In this document: positions 25,181-39,902 of the stretch, one piece after another
Position numbering within the stretch: the first letter of the stretch is position 1
Layout: every line of letters begins with the position of its first letter
From: Haliotis rubra
Taxonomy: Eukaryota
Reading direction: 5' to 3'
NCBI RefSeq assembly: GCF_003918875.1
Contig: NW_025765758.1
Span: forward strand, 496,001-560,000
Length of the DNA stretch: 64,000 nt
Notes under the pieces: model-generated
Seen by the model: only the letters and a program-made list of their open reading frames with translations
The model's database searches: none
Told to the model about the DNA's origin: nothing
Position numbers and translations under genes: made by a program

Positions 25181-27744
25181 GTATGACGACACATGATCTG
25201 CAAGGCATCCTGTAAATACAACTCACTCCCACAGACACCCAGATGATATACATGGAACTCTTTCCTCCATCGAATATTTTCCCCCAACTCCCAGCGGTTT
25301 GCAGGAAAAATCTGACCGGATGCATGTTCATGGGCCAATACGGAAAAAATCGGCGGTCCAAGCGCCCCATTTGCTGAAATTCACTGTGAAGAAATCTTTC
25401 GTCTTGCTTTCAAATCCCAGTTCTCCCCAGACATATTTGGGGATGTATTTCGTTATCTCGGGCTTTCCACCCACATTGAAACCAATATCACCCACATATT
25501 GACGTTGTTTCGATGGAGAACTCATCGCCAGGTACGTTGTAGCGGGACAAAATGTAGCCGGAAACATTGTTGACATTGTGTGCCGGTAATTAGGTGAAAA
25601 TTAGCATGTGGGTTTGAGTCCCGGATTATTGTCAAACCCAAATGTACTAGAATGTGTACTTTACTAAGAAAGTGTAATCCACAAAATAACATAAACTACT
25701 TTATTATCGTGCTACCGAGTAAATATACGTTCATTTTTCTTGTCAAGTCAATTGATGATCATTTATGTAAAATACATCATATCAGTCTGACCTATGGCAT
25801 GTCGTAACACACCAATGGGTAACGGTTTCCAGTAACTGGGTTTTAAAACGAGAAGAGACACCAGCCTTGACTCTTCAAACTCATTATTCTGCTATATCCA
25901 GTTACAGCAATTGCCGATAACATGACTCGGTTGGTGTGTGCGACTGGTATAAATGTTGATAATATAACATATAAAAAATCACATTACTGTTATTGAAGTA
26001 ATATCATTTCTGCTGCTATTGCTCCTATACTGTGTTCAATCACTTAAATGCAATCAATATTACATAATGTAATACCAAAATCACACAGCAATAACTTGTT
26101 TCCCTATGTCAGGGTGAAGGTATCAATCATGTAGTGTTATTATACCAGCATATTGTGCGTGTAGGGAGATTACACTGATAACGACCCCACGGTGAGCCAT
26201 TGCTTCGGGGTAACACGGGATTTTGCATTAAGCCCATCTGCGTAACTTTCACTCGCTTCATCTCGTGATCAAGTGGTCACTTGAGGAGAGACATAAATAT
26301 AAAATACCAATTCAATTCGATGTTATCCCCATGAGCAGTGATAGTTCTGAAATGTCTTTGGACGCAAGTGTGTGGACGTCATCTGTATGTTTCATACATC
26401 CCAGCTTTGTTGCATTCATTAGGAAAATAACGATTTTAAAAAAAACATGACATCTGTATTAAAGTGAACACATTCAATCAATCGCGTTGTCAATTGCATT
26501 TCAATTTGTAAGTTTCGATTAACATTCCATTTGCCACATAACAAAAGACATACATCAACTATTAATTTATTTTTATACGCTAGCACAAAAAACAACCAGT
26601 GGTAACCCGAGTGATGGCATCAGTCCTGGTGGAAAAGCATTCCCTCAAGCAGAAGTACTTTAGGTTCCCTTGATCTCTGGTAAGGCTTTGGTTGCTGATG
26701 GCATATAGTTTCGTTTCAACTGAGACTACTTGATACACTGTATTGTCATGCGATAACTTTGTGGAAATATAATTTACAAGGATTATAAGACAGAAATGGA
26801 TTTGTTTTGCTGTGGACATGAAGCTTTCGTCCCTTGCACAGGGGAGACAATTCCCGAGGGATCATAAAGACAAACTGATGGTGTGAATTTGAAAGTGATT
26901 CGATTTTCTTTGAGGGAGGGAAGAGTGCTAACTCATTCCCCATGCTTGTGCAGCGAACTAAACAAACTACTTCTAGGTACGTATATATCAGATGACACCT
27001 CAGGGCACACTGATGAGATTTACACAGGCCATCGGAGTCTATGTTGCTGACGAGACAATCGTTTATATACAGTTAGTCAGCATGTAATTCACTGCAATCG
27101 CTCCCTTTCCTTTCTCCCTGCTTGAATCGGTGTTATTGCATCTGTATCCCGACATCTTCTTCCATGCTGCATTAGACATGCTGCAGTCAGCAGTAAAACA
27201 TTTGTATCAGCATAATACTGCAGCTCTATTTTGGCGCGATAAATCACTTGGATCAGGATTTGGATGACTTGGATCTCTGCACGCAGCAATATCAATGTAC
27301 GTAAAACACTCTACATATGAGATGATCTGGCCTGCTCTCATCCGACTCTTGGGCTTAACTCCGGTATTGCAGAAATTTGAGTGGACATAATCCACAAATA
27401 GTCCAACGGGATTAAAAAAGATAAAGTTATAATATATCACATATCGATGTCATAAGGCAGCAACGGAGGGGTACACGCTGTAGGGCCATCAATCTTGACG
27501 TGGTGTCCAATTTAGGGGATGGTGCTTCTTCCTTTGTTACTGTTAAAGAGTTGGGCAGTGGAATTAAGAGAAGGGAAAGTTTTCAGGATGATCCTAAACC
27601 ACGGAGGGTGTCACCAATGAGGGAATATCTACCAAAATAGCGTGATGTCACTAAATATATGCTGCTGATGGGCCCAGAGGACACTGCATCTCCAAGCCAT
27701 TTCATGTATTTCAAAGAGGAAAGGGATTTGAGAAATTACATATA

Positions 27745-28141
27745 CTACCCATCAAAAGTTTAGACTCACTAGTGTAAATGTAGCCACTTTCTTCAGGCAA
27801 CTGTTCTATACTAGATTTTGCAAAATATTCCATAATGTTTAAAGGTACTGTTTGCACATGAACTGTTGTAAAGATTATTGTCATGAGTTCAATAAATGAT
27901 GAAAATTGGTGAATTCTTAAGAAAATTTACACCAAAACGCAGCTGCCCACATGCACGATATTTGGCAATAATTTGCACATGCTTTTCAGCAATTTGATGC
28001 ATGATCCTCGTTCAATTCATCTGCATAAGGTTTGGAGTTGGTTCCCCGAAGTTAGTGGAGAAATTCATCTTCGATGTAACCTCATATATATACATCTCAT
28101 ATAGTGATTGCTTTAAGTGAGTCTAACCTTTTGATGGGTGG
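27745..28141. mobile_element. Tc1/mariner-type MITE (~397 bp)
   Basis: 26-bp TIRs ctacccatcaaaagtttagactcact / agtgagtctaaccttttgatgggtgg with TA TSD; empty site at ~10412; paralog at ~38993-40301. Confidence 0.88.
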
Positions 28142-28606
28142 TATAGATGGACACAGTTGTATCTCAAAGCCATAATCGTCATTGCGTAATGTATTGATAA
28201 TAAAACTGGAATATATTGCCAGTTGAACTAGAATAGGCATATATATGGCAGATTTTGATTAGATTTGAAGGACACTCGATGCATCCGTATTGCGTTTCAA
28301 TTACATCTTGTTGCAGTATTTTAAATCACATCAACTGCAAATGATTCCTTGTGGAATTCATTATCAGATATCAAAGCCTGTGTGTTTCTTATTAACTCGT
28401 CCCTATGAGACATGTACAACCGTAATTGAATCTGATGTAGATACTTGTTTCTTGTCTCGTCGAATTCCAATCTGTGGCTTAACACTGAAACAGTATCCTT
28501 TACCTGCCAGTGTACATTTCTAGCAGTAGGCAGTGAAAGACTATGCCAGTAGTGTTTACGGTAGGACTGTTTGACTTTGTGTCAGACTGTGTATGACGTC
28601 AAGTCG

Positions 28607-28735
28607 TCTATCCTGTCAAATGTACTCAATCATACCACCTATGCTGTCAGGTGTATTGGGTCTTGTCAGGTGTACTGTGTCAGGCCAAATATCATATCAC
28701 GTGTACAGCGTCAGACCACCTATCCTGTCTAGTGT
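28607..28735 (+). repeat. Short degenerate minisatellite array
   Basis: ctatcctgtca / cacctatgctgtcaggtgtattggg units. Confidence 0.75.
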
Positions 28736-28932
28736 AAATTAAAAGAAAAGGTTTGTCCTTTCCGTAAAGGTACATAAAAAGATGGTATTTTCAAGAAAAG
28801 GTTTGACTCCTAGAAATATAAAAGCATAAAATATACCCCATGAGACATACGATGTAGTTAAAAATAGATTATATTATGAACGAACAAGGAAACCGAAGTA
28901 TTAAATAAGTTCGTCATACATTTAACGAGCAG

Positions 28933-29049
28933 GCTAGCTATTCTCGAAACGTTCGTAGCCCTACGAACTTCTTAAGCCCATTCTTAACACACTGGCTACG
29001 ATCAAAGTAAAGAATTCTTAGGGCTACGAACGTTTCGAGAATAAGGGCC
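28933..29049. mobile_element. Palindromic MITE, possibly PIF/Harbinger-type (paralog at 41207-41329)
   Basis: Inverted arms tattctcgaaacgttcgtagcccta / tagggctacgaacgtttcgagaata; CAG lies on both sides of the 41207 copy. Confidence 0.7.
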
Positions 29050-32000
29050 CAAGTGACACGTTTGACCAGCGGGTCAATTATTTAACACTAGCCCCCTTTC
29101 CGTAAATGTACTTACAAAGGACGTCAAATTAATGGTGCAATGTCATTCTACTAAGATACGCATAAATGCGGATGTCTTAACATTTCGGTTTTATTTCGTC
29201 AAATTACTATCTAAATATTTGACCATGTCAAGCTATTGTGTTATTGACGTGAAATATGTTATTAGATTCATTCTGGGAAAACAATTGCTTAATTGTAAAT
29301 AGGTTTTAATCATAATCATTCTGGAATTTGACAGAACTTTGAACTGATCTCAAAGAAAGAGACTTCTGCTGTTAAAGTGGGTGAATGAGTGATTACTGCT
29401 TAACGCCGAGTCTGCAATCATGCGACTATTCCAGGCAATCCTGGGATTAGACACTGAGATCTTGATTTACACATACAGAAGAACTGGCTTGAAAATATTT
29501 ATGCCACGCACGTAGGTGTATTGACACCAATAGCTACCTCAACCTGTCGAAGACTAATGTATTATTATTATGAATCAGTTTATCTGGTCCCAGCTGTATG
29601 CCTCAGTGAGAATTGATAGGAGTCCTGTCCTTCCCTGCCCTAAACAATCACGTATTCACTGATTGCATATCAGAGCGCACCGCGCATTGATGAAACGCCA
29701 GTCCAGTAGATACCGGAAGTCAAAACACTCAGGAGAATGGCACTGCAGTATGGTGTCTGACGTCATGAGTAATGCCCAGTCGGTGGAGATTCACTGCCGG
29801 CGTTTTACAGCAGTCCTAATGAAGCATGCACCGGGAGTAGATTGCTGACAATAACGGTCCTTGGGATAAGAGTTATCATTGTGAATGGCCCCTACACTAC
29901 CATATTACTAGTGATAGCCTACACTCCTGGCGATGTGGACGTAAGGAGAACAGTCTGTGATTCGTATTAGTGTAGCACTTGTGACTAGATTTACCTTAAC
30001 GTTGTGCCCTGACCTTATCAGACCCCTTCTGTGACTGCAGCTAACACACAAACTACCTGTCTGTCTCCTTGCCAACATTATAACCAAGGCAGTCTTGATC
30101 TCCACCCTAACTTTGTATTTCCTATTCGAGGTGATCTTTTCATGAACATACTGAGTACCACAATATTAAATATCAATTTTATACTAATTAATTTGCATGC
30201 TATAGGTTGTATTATAACGTTCGCGAAGTCCTTGTTGGTTTAAGGATAATTATCCATTGTATTTCTTGCTCATAAAACTATAATTTCTGTGGATTGGCAG
30301 TGACCTTTGCTCCGCTTTCTGATCCCGATGTTTTATTGGCGATGCTGTGTGAACTTTAGGGTGCAGTGATACTCGCCGTGGCTTTGTGTGGGTGATGTAG
30401 TTTTCTTTGGAGAAAGCTAAAGGCGGGATGTTGTTTTTAATGTTTAGTTGGAGATATGTGTGGTGTCTTGTGGCGATAGTTTGTTGTTTATGGTGTTGTG
30501 TTGGAGGTTTTGCACCTGCAAATGTTCTATGGAACATACAACTTTTTCCAATGTAATTTCCAGCTTTCTCTTGTTCAAAACGTCCGATTTTTGTTGAAGT
30601 AAGTAATTGACTTTCCTTTCCAGGTGTTTGTAACTGGTGCCACTTATTGGACAGCACAAGCTCACCCTTTCGAGAACCCCCTTTACATGTTGCGTTTGTA
30701 GTGGTATTTTACCGTTGCTATGTTTGTGGTCGCTTCTCGCGACATAAATTCTGTGTAATGACTCCTTGTAAAGCAGATATACTGTTTGACAACACAGCTA
30801 TAGCTAATGACGTCTATACCTTATCACACTCATTTGCGAGTTTCCTACACAAGAGTATCATCTGGAATATTCATGACAGCACGTACTGCAACAATAAAGG
30901 AGAATATTATTGCCGTCTTGACCGTCATTGTTTCTCTGGAACGGTTTAGATTACCAGAAGTAAGACGTGACATATCCACCAATCAGGATCTCATCACTGC
31001 AGAGTACTGTTGACTCAAGAACTGAAAATAATAACCCTTCGATGTTACCTGTCGTGGCTAACGTTTGAGCCATTGTATCAGCAAAGTAGGTTGGTGCCTC
31101 ATGTCATTGATTGATGATATGAAAGATGTCTTTCAAAGGATCTACAGAGCACTTGGTATTAGTGTCCTTCCACCAGTGTGTGTCAAACACTGGCAACAAC
31201 TCCTTTGGTAATACTGTTTCACTACTGTCTCGATAATACATGGAGGCTATTTAATGGTGGCTGACAAATGCATTCTTCATTATATCGTGTTGTTTTGCTA
31301 TATCTGCTGTTTTCATTTGCGGCGTTGACATGATTTCAAGCCAAAATGAAGTATCAACATGCATTCCTTTAACACGACCTTGGTAAAAACTACTTGTTTG
31401 ATGCATGAATCTCCACTCTTGGAGTTTCCGTCTGGTATCGTCTCTCTTAGTGCTACAGTCTGACAGCTTCATCAAGCACATTACAAACAAGTCTATTCAC
31501 TGAACTAATTCTCTCTTTATTCTACTGCCTCAAACCGAATTCTTGCTAACAGTTATCTCAACATCTCCTCGTCCTATTTTCATGTGAAGGTTCATCAAAA
31601 CGTACTTTTACGAAAATGACTTAGTGAAAGCTTCATTTCAATAATCTCCTGATGGGGTCCTTTGTGGGCATTTAGTTCTGATAAACGAAAAACGTCATCA
31701 GTACGGACATTCTAACACCATTATCAGAAAGGCGCAATGGTCACTTGCTTGATTATGTATCAAGCGCTCTAAATCACTGACAAGTATATGCTTTATAGTG
31801 TTATAAGTATCTGCACCTGAGTTATTTATCTACAACAACTTTCCCACGTGAAGCTCAGCTGTTTTAGTGTTCGGCCTAATTGTACAGCTGTGGTGATTCT
31901 CTTTGTTTTGAAATATGCTTTCATTGATACAAAACATGGCAAACAATGCTCATTCACATCCATTAGTCATCTTAATTACAGGAACGTGACGAGTAGAGGC

Positions 32001-32202
32001 GTTAATGCATTTGGTCGAATCATTATTTTTTCATTACATTCATGTGTCCATGTTGATAACCTTCATTTCATGTTTAATTTTCATGCAAAATCATACATTG
32101 CTGCTCAGGACCAATCACTTCCCAAACTGCCAAAGAGAAATCCTTCTGTTTCATTCAATTCGTGATTTACAGAAATAATCCAAACCTTTCTAACGAGCAG
32201 GT

Positions 32203-32675
32203 CACCTATCCTACAGAGTGTACTCAGTCAGACCACCTATCCTGTCAGGTTTACTGGGCCACCTATCCTGTCAGATGTTCAGGGCCACCTATCCTGTGAG
32301 GTTACTGGGTCACCTATCCTGTCAGGTGTTCAGGGCCACTTATTATCCTGTGAGGTTACTGGGTCACCTATCCTGTCAGGTGTACTGGGTCACCTATCCT
32401 GTCAGGTGTACTGGGTCACCTATCCTGTCAGGTGTACTAGGTCACCTATCCCGTCAGGCGTACTGGGCCACCTATCTTTTGAAGTGAACCGGTTGATACT
32501 TCCTATCCTGTCTGGGACACTAGGTTAGACCACATATCCTGTCTGCGGTACTGGGTTAAACATCTATTCTGTCATGTGTACTGAGTTAGACCACCTATCC
32601 TATCGAGTGTATTGAGTCAGACCACCTATTCTGTCAAGTGTACTGAGTCAGACCACCTATTCTGTCAAGTGTACA
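32203..32675 (+). repeat. 26/31-bp minisatellite array
   Basis: Same motif, fewer units. Confidence 0.95.
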
Positions 32676-35600
32676 GTATTTTCAATCAAATTACTCGTAA
32701 GATGTCATTGTACTAAAATAGACATAACTGACCATGTCAAAGTCTTGTTTTATTGGCGTGGAATGTTTTATTAGATTCATTCGAGGAAAGTAATTATTGT
32801 AAATAGGCTTTAATTATAATCATTCTGGAAACTGACAGACCTTTGAATTGATCTTAAAGAAAGAGACTTCTGCTGTTAGAGTTAGTGAAAGAGTGATTAT
32901 TGCTTAACGCCGTGTCTGCAATCATGTGGCTATTCGAGGCAATGCGGCGATTAGACACTGAGCTCTTGATTTACACATACAGAATAACCAATAGCTACCT
33001 CAACCTGTCAAAGAATAATGTATTATTATTATGAATCAATTTATGTGGTCCCAGCTCTATGCCTCAGTGAGAATTGATAGGAGATCTGTCCTTCCCTGCC
33101 CAAGCCAATCATGCTTTCACTGATGGCACACAGAGCACACCGCGCATTGATGAAATACCAGTCGAGCAGATACCGGAAGTCAAAACACTCAGGAGAAGCG
33201 AGGATGACGATGGCACCACAGTATGGTGTCTGACGTCTTGAGTAATGCCCAGTCGGTGGAGATTCACTGCCGGCGTTTCACAGCAGTCCTAACGAAGCAT
33301 GCACCGGGAGTAGATTGCTGACAATAACCGTCCTTGGGATAAGAGTTCTCATTGTGAATGGCCCCTACACTACCATATTACTAGCGATAGCCTCTACTCC
33401 TGGCGATGTGGACGTAAGGAGAACAGTCTGTGATTCGTATTAGTGTAGCACTTGTGGCTAGATTACCTTAACGTTGTGCCCTGACCTTATCAGACCCTCT
33501 CTGTGACTGCAGCTAACATGCAAACTACCTGTCTGTCTCCTTGCCAACATTACAACGACAGTCTTGATCTCCAAACTAGCTTTGTATTTTCTATTCGAGC
33601 CGATCTTTTAACGAACATACCGATTACCACCATATTCAAATATCAATTTTATACTAATTAATGTGCATTCTATTGGCTGTACTATAACGCCCATGAGGTC
33701 CTTTTTAGTTTAAGGATAATTATCCCTTGTATTTCTTTCTAACGTTTCTGTCGATTGGCAGTGAAGTTTTACTTTGCATTCTGGCGATGGGGAGTGAACT
33801 TTGATGCGTTGTGATGTTCTTTGTGATGTTGTGGTTTCTTTGGGGAGAGCTTTTGTGGTGTTCTTTGGCGATAGTTTGTTGGAGATGTTGTGTTGTGTTG
33901 GTTGTGATGGTTTAATTTGTTGTTTGTGGTGATGTGTTGGAGGTTTTGCACTTTCAAATGTTCTATGCTTCTGATTTTATATCTAAAATGTTTTCCAATG
34001 TAATTTCCTGTTTTGTCTTATTCAGCACGTGCGCTCTTTGTTGAAGTAAGTTATTGCCTTTCCTCTTCAGGTGTTTGGAACAGATGCTACCAATTGAACG
34101 TTTCAAGAACACCTGCTACATGTTGCGTTTGTAGTGGTATTTTGCCGTTGCTACGTTTGTGGTGGCTTCTCCACAATTAATTTCGGTATAATGACTGCAT
34201 GGCGAGATTTTTAACCATGATGGTATGGTCTTGCAAAAGTCTTACTCAAGCATGTTTGAAGTGAGGATGTCCGCGAACCTGATGCATTACCAAGGCACAA
34301 GCAGGTGCGTGTCTATTAAACATGAACATTTAGCATAACACGACCTGCGTCGAATTCTTGTTGTATTTATCACACGATGTTCGTGTTGTTCTTCCACAGG
34401 ACTTCACATTGGGTGTCTATCTTATAAAGCGGTTATCCTGTTTAAAAAAGCACAGCTATAGCTAATGACGTCCGTACCTTGACACAATCTTTAGCGAGTT
34501 TCCTATACAAGACTATTATCTGGAATATTCATGACAGCATGTACTGCAACAATGAAGGAGCAATGTTTTACTGTCTTGACTGCCATTGTTTCTCGGGAAC
34601 GTTCAGAATACCGGAAGTAGGACGTGACAAAAACACCAATCAGTTGTTCTCATCACTGAGAATAATAGCCCTTCGATGTTATTAGTCGTGGCTAACGTTT
34701 GAGCATACTACTGTCCTTCCACCAGTGTGTGTCCAACACTGACAACAACTCCCTTGATGATACTGTTTTATCACTGCTGTCTCGATCTTATAATGGAGTC
34801 TATTTAATTGTGGTTGACAAATGCAGTATTGTTTTGCTAGAGCTGCTGTTTCCATTTGCGGCGTAGACACGACTTCAAACCAAAAGAAATATCCACTTGC
34901 GTTCCTTTAATACGATCTTGGTAAAAACTACTTGTTTGATGCATGAAACTCCACTCTTGGAGTTTCCGCTTTGTATCTTCTCTCTTACTGTTTCAGTCTG
35001 ACAACTTCATCAAGCACATTACAAACAAGTCACTTCACTTCTACTGTCTCACACCGAATTCTTGCTGGCACTTATCTCAACATCTCTGCGGCCGTTTTTC
35101 ATGTGAAGGTTCATCTGAACTTACTTTTACGAAAATGCTTGAGCCCTTCACTTCAATAATCCCCTGATAGTTTCTTTGAGAGTATTTCGAAATTGGATAT
35201 GTTCTCATAAAAGAAAAACTTCATTATAACGGACGTTCTAACACCATTATCATGAAAGCGCAATTGTCACTTGCGTGATCATGGACCAAGCGCTTCAGAG
35301 AAATGACAATAATATGCTTGATTATGTTATGAGAATATACACCTAAGTTGTTTATCTACAACTTTCCCACGTGAAGCTCAGCTGTTTTGGCGTTTGGCCT
35401 AATTGTGCACCTGTGGTGATTCTCTTGTTTTCAAATATGCTTTCATTAATACTAAACATAGCAAACAATGCTCATTCACATCCATTAGTCATCTTAATTA
35501 CAGGAACGTGACGAGTAGAGGCGTTAATGCGTTTGGTCGAATCATTATTTTTTCATTACATTCATGTGTCCATGTTGATGACTGGATAAGTAGCCATAGG

Positions 35601-35938
35601 CAGCATGATAACGGGCATGTTTTCGATTTTCGATTAGATTTTGTGCCATTACATTCATCCAGTATATTCCTCCAATGCCAAGTGTCCACCGACAATGCCA
35701 TCCATTGTATACATCAAAAACATTTTGCAATAAACGAATCGAACTACCTCATCATATCGCTTAAGATACTGTGTTTGTGCCAACGCTGACAAGGTGTGGA
35801 CAGTCATAATATTCAATCAGTAGCCTACATTTCATATGTAATTTTCATGTAAAATCACACATAGCTGCTCAGTCACAGCTTCAAGCATGTTTTGAACGAA
35901 CAATAAATTTTTGTCACCCCAACATAACCTTTTGGCCT

Positions 35939-36082
35939 GGGGGCGGTGGGGTAACCAAGTGGTAAAAGCGTTCGCCTGTTACGCTGAAGATCCGGGTTCG
36001 ATTCCCAACATGGATTCAATGTGTGAAGCCTATTTCTGGTGTCCCCCGCCGTGATATTGTTTCAATATTTCTAAAAGTGCGC
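35939..36082 (+). mobile_element. tRNA-SINE family A (duplicated paralog of 25037)
   Basis: Same sequence and same flanks as 25037-25180. Confidence 0.85.
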
Positions 36083-36854
36083 AGTATGACGACACAGGAT
36101 CTGTAAGGCATCCTGTAAATACAACTCACTCCCACAGACACCCAGATGATATACATGGAACTATTTCCTCCATCGAATATTTCCCCCCAACTCCCAGCTG
36201 TTGGCATGAAAAATCTGACCGGATGCATGTTCAGGGGCCAATACGGAAAGAATCGGTGGTCCAAGCGCCCCATTTGCTGAAATTCACTGTGAAGAAATCT
36301 TTCGTCTTGCTTTCAAATCCCAGTTCTCCCCAGACATATTTGGGGATGTATTTCGTTATCTCGGGCTTTCCACCCACATGAAACCAATATCACCCACATA
36401 TTGACGTTTTTTCGATGGAGAACTCATCGCCACGTACGTTGTAGCGGGACAAAATGTAGCCGGAAACATTGTTGACATTGTGTGCCGGTAATTAGGTGAA
36501 AATTAGCATGTGGGTTTGAGCCCGGATTATACTCGAACGCAAATGTACTAGAATGTGTCCTTTACTCAGAAAGTGCAATCCACAAAATAACATAAACTAC
36601 TTTATCATCGTGCTACTGAGTAAATATACGTTCATTATTTCTTGTCAAGTCAACTGATGATCATTTATGTAAAATACATCCTATCAGTCTGACCTATGGC
36701 ATGACGTAACACACCAGTGGGTAACGGTTTCCAGTAACTGGGTTTCAAAACGAGAAGAGACACCAACCTTGACTCTTCGTGCATATTATTTTGCTATATC
36801 CAGTTACAGCAATTGCCAATAACATGACTCGGTTCGTGTGTGCGACTGGTATAA

Positions 36855-37205
36855 GGTGAGGTGAAATTGGGTTTAACGTCGTGCTTGAGAATATTTCGCT
36901 CATATGACGACGTGCATGCGTGTGTATGTGTATGTGCGGCTGCTTGTACTAGCACAGACTGAAGCTGGTTTATAGTGCTAGCCCACTGAGATACAATGCC
37001 GCAGTGAAGCATGAATACCCCACTCAGACACATTATACTGACTCCGAGCCGACCAGTCCTTGTTGTACCCATTAATGCCGAACGCCAGGCAGGGACCAAC
37101 AAGTACCATATTTTAACGTCTTTTGGTATGACGCGGTCGGGGATCGAACCCGCGACCTTCCGCTCTCCGGGCGGACGCTCTAACCACTACACCACGGAGG
37201 CGGTC
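36855..37205 (-). mobile_element. Full-length tRNA-derived SINE with a Meta/MESC-like central domain
   Basis: 13-bp TSD gcgactggtataa (36842-36854 and 37206-37218); A-box tggtgtagtgg and B-box ggttcgatcc; gtcataccaaaagacgttaaaatatggtac...cctgcctggcg core; empty site at ~25940. Confidence 0.9.
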
Positions 37206-39019
37206 GCGACTGGTATAAATGTTGATAATATAACATATAAAAAATCACATTACTGTTATTGAAGTAATATCATTTCTGCTGCTATTGCTCCTATACTGTG
37301 TTCAATCACTTAAATGCAATCAATATTACATAATGTAATACCAAAATCACACAGCAATAACTTGTTTCCCTATGTCAGGGTGAAGGTATCAATCATGTAG
37401 TGTTATTATACCAGCATATTGTGCGTGTAGGGAGATTACACTGATAACGACCCCACGGTGAGCCATTGCTTCGGGGTAACACGGGATTTTGCATTAAGCC
37501 CATCTGCGTAACTTTCACTCGCTTCATCTCGTGATCAAGTGGTCACTTGAGGAGAGACATAAATATAAAATACCAATTCAATTCGATGTTATCCCCATGA
37601 GCAGTGATAGTTCTGAAATGTCTTTGGACGCAAGTGTGTGGACGTCATCTGTATGTCTCATACATCCCAGCTTTGTTGCATTCATTAGGACAATAACGAT
37701 ATTAAAGTGAACACATTCAATCAATCGCGTTGTCAATTTCATTTCAATTTGTAAGTTTCGATAAACATCCCATTTGCCACATAACAAAAGACATACATCA
37801 ACTATTAATTTGTTTTTATACGCTAGCACAAAAAACAACCAGTGGTAACCCGAGTGATGGCATCAGTCCTGGTGGAAAATCATTCCCTCAAGCAGAAGTA
37901 CTTTAGGTTCCCTTGATCTCTGGTAAGGCTTTGGTTGCTGATGGCATATAGTCTCGTTTCAACTGAGACTACTTGATACACTGTATTGTCATGCGATAAC
38001 TTTGTGGAAATATAATTTACAAGGATTATAAGACAGAAATGGATTTGTTTTGCTGTGGACATGAAGCTTTCGTCCCTTGCACAGGGGAGACAATTCCCGA
38101 GGGATCATTAAGACAAACTGATGGTGTGAAATTTGAAAGTGATTCGATTTTCTTTGAGGAAGGGAAGAGTGCTAACTCATTCCCCATGCTTGTGCATTGA
38201 ACTAAACAAACTACTTCTAGGTACGTATATATCAGATGACACCTCAGGGCACACTGATGGGATTTACACAGGCCATCGGAGTCTATGTTGCTGACGAGAC
38301 AATCGTTTATATACAGTTAGTCTGCATGTAATTCACTGCAATCGCTCCCTTTCCCTGTCCCTGCTTCAATGGGTGTTATTGCATCTGTATCCCGACATCT
38401 TCTTCCATGCTGCATTAGACATGCTGCAGTCAGCAATAAAACATTTGTATCAGCATAATACTGCAGCTCTATTTTGGCGCGATAAATCACTTGGATCAGG
38501 ATTTGGATGACTTGGATCTCACACGCAGCGATATCAATGTACGTAAAAACGAACACTCTACATATGAGATGATCTGGCCTGCTCTCATCCGACTCTTGGG
38601 CTTAACTCCGGTATTGCAGAAATTTGAGTGGACATAATCCACAAATAGTCCAACGGGATTAAAAAAAGATAAAGTTATAATATATCACATATCGATGTCA
38701 TAAGGCAGCAACGGAGGGGTACACGCTGTAGGGCCATCAATCTTGACGTGGTGTCCAATTTAGGGGATGGTGCTTCTTCCTTAGTTACTGTTAAAGAGTT
38801 GGGCAGTGGAATTAAGAGAAGGGAAAGTTTTCAGGATGATCCTAAACCACGAAGGGTGTCACCAATGAGGGAATATCTACCAAAATAGCGTGATGTCACT
38901 AAATATATGCTGCTGATGGGCCCAGAGGACACTGCATCTCCAAGCCATTTCATGTATTTCAAAGAGGAAAGAGATTTGAGAAATTACATATACTACCCAT
39001 CAAAAGTTTAGACTCACTA

Positions 39020-39902
39020 AAGTACTGTCGGAAATAGAAAAAAAATGTATTTTCTCATTTATCGCTACAATTTATGTGGTTGATATGTGAAAGTGTGAAA
39101 TATCTGTTAAACTAAGTTCGGCCTAACTACAGTTTCAGTGGTAGAGAGATAGGAAACGGAGAAAAAGGACTTTACTGAGGGGAAATTAGTGCAGAAATGA
39201 GCAATGCGTGTTTTTCCTAAGTCCAAAAAGACTTATTTGGAATAGACCATGGCTTTATGCAAATATGTGTGCGACGATATTGTATTACAAAGGACACTTT
39301 TTAAGTGCCCAATTTGAAATTAGACGTAGATACATAATAAATGATAGCTGACGTAAAAAATACTAACTTTTATGCTGAAACTATTAAGGATGTAGCTACC
39401 ATGGAGTCTCACTGTCACTATAAAAAGAAACAGATAGGAGGGGTCGTCTCAAAAGCAAAACCCGGGATCGGGCTGGGGGGATAGAGATATCAGCTTAGAT
39501 AAGATAATCCTTTAGGGCAATTATACTGGGGAGGTACACGGCACGTCACAACAATTTACAAATAATATCCAGTCCCGTCGATCTTCGGGTGGCCATGCCA
39601 CCTATATACTACGATGCGTTTCTATGGTTTTCGGGTATCATGCTCTTTTACATATCTCAACATAAACTTTATGAAAGAAAAACACGTAAGATGCATGTTA
39701 ATTACCAGATGAGACATAGTCAACACACATGAATAAGCACAAAATATCTTTGAGATGACCTGGATATCGTATTACGCATCCCACTGAACGCCCAGTTAGG
39801 CCGAAGTGGGTTATTTCGTCATATGCTTTTTGAAATTATGTCAATTTTAGGGATACAGAGTAACAGCCTAAAAACAGTTTTTTTCTATTTCCGACAGTAC
39901 TA
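39020..39902. mobile_element. ~880-bp non-autonomous TIR transposon nested in the Tc1 MITE
   Basis: TIRs agtactgtcggaaatagaaaaaaa / tttttttctatttccgacagtact with TA duplication; absent from the paralog at 27770. Confidence 0.88.

Noticed and set aside
26060-26110. Kinase-like LLLCDFG on the minus strand
   Set aside because: No HRD, APE or Gly-loop in register, and the paralog at ~45420 reads CEFG
37130-37205. tRNA gene (also the heads at 25037, 35939 and 5418)
   Set aside because: These are SINE heads fused to SINE bodies; no complete acceptor stem was evident
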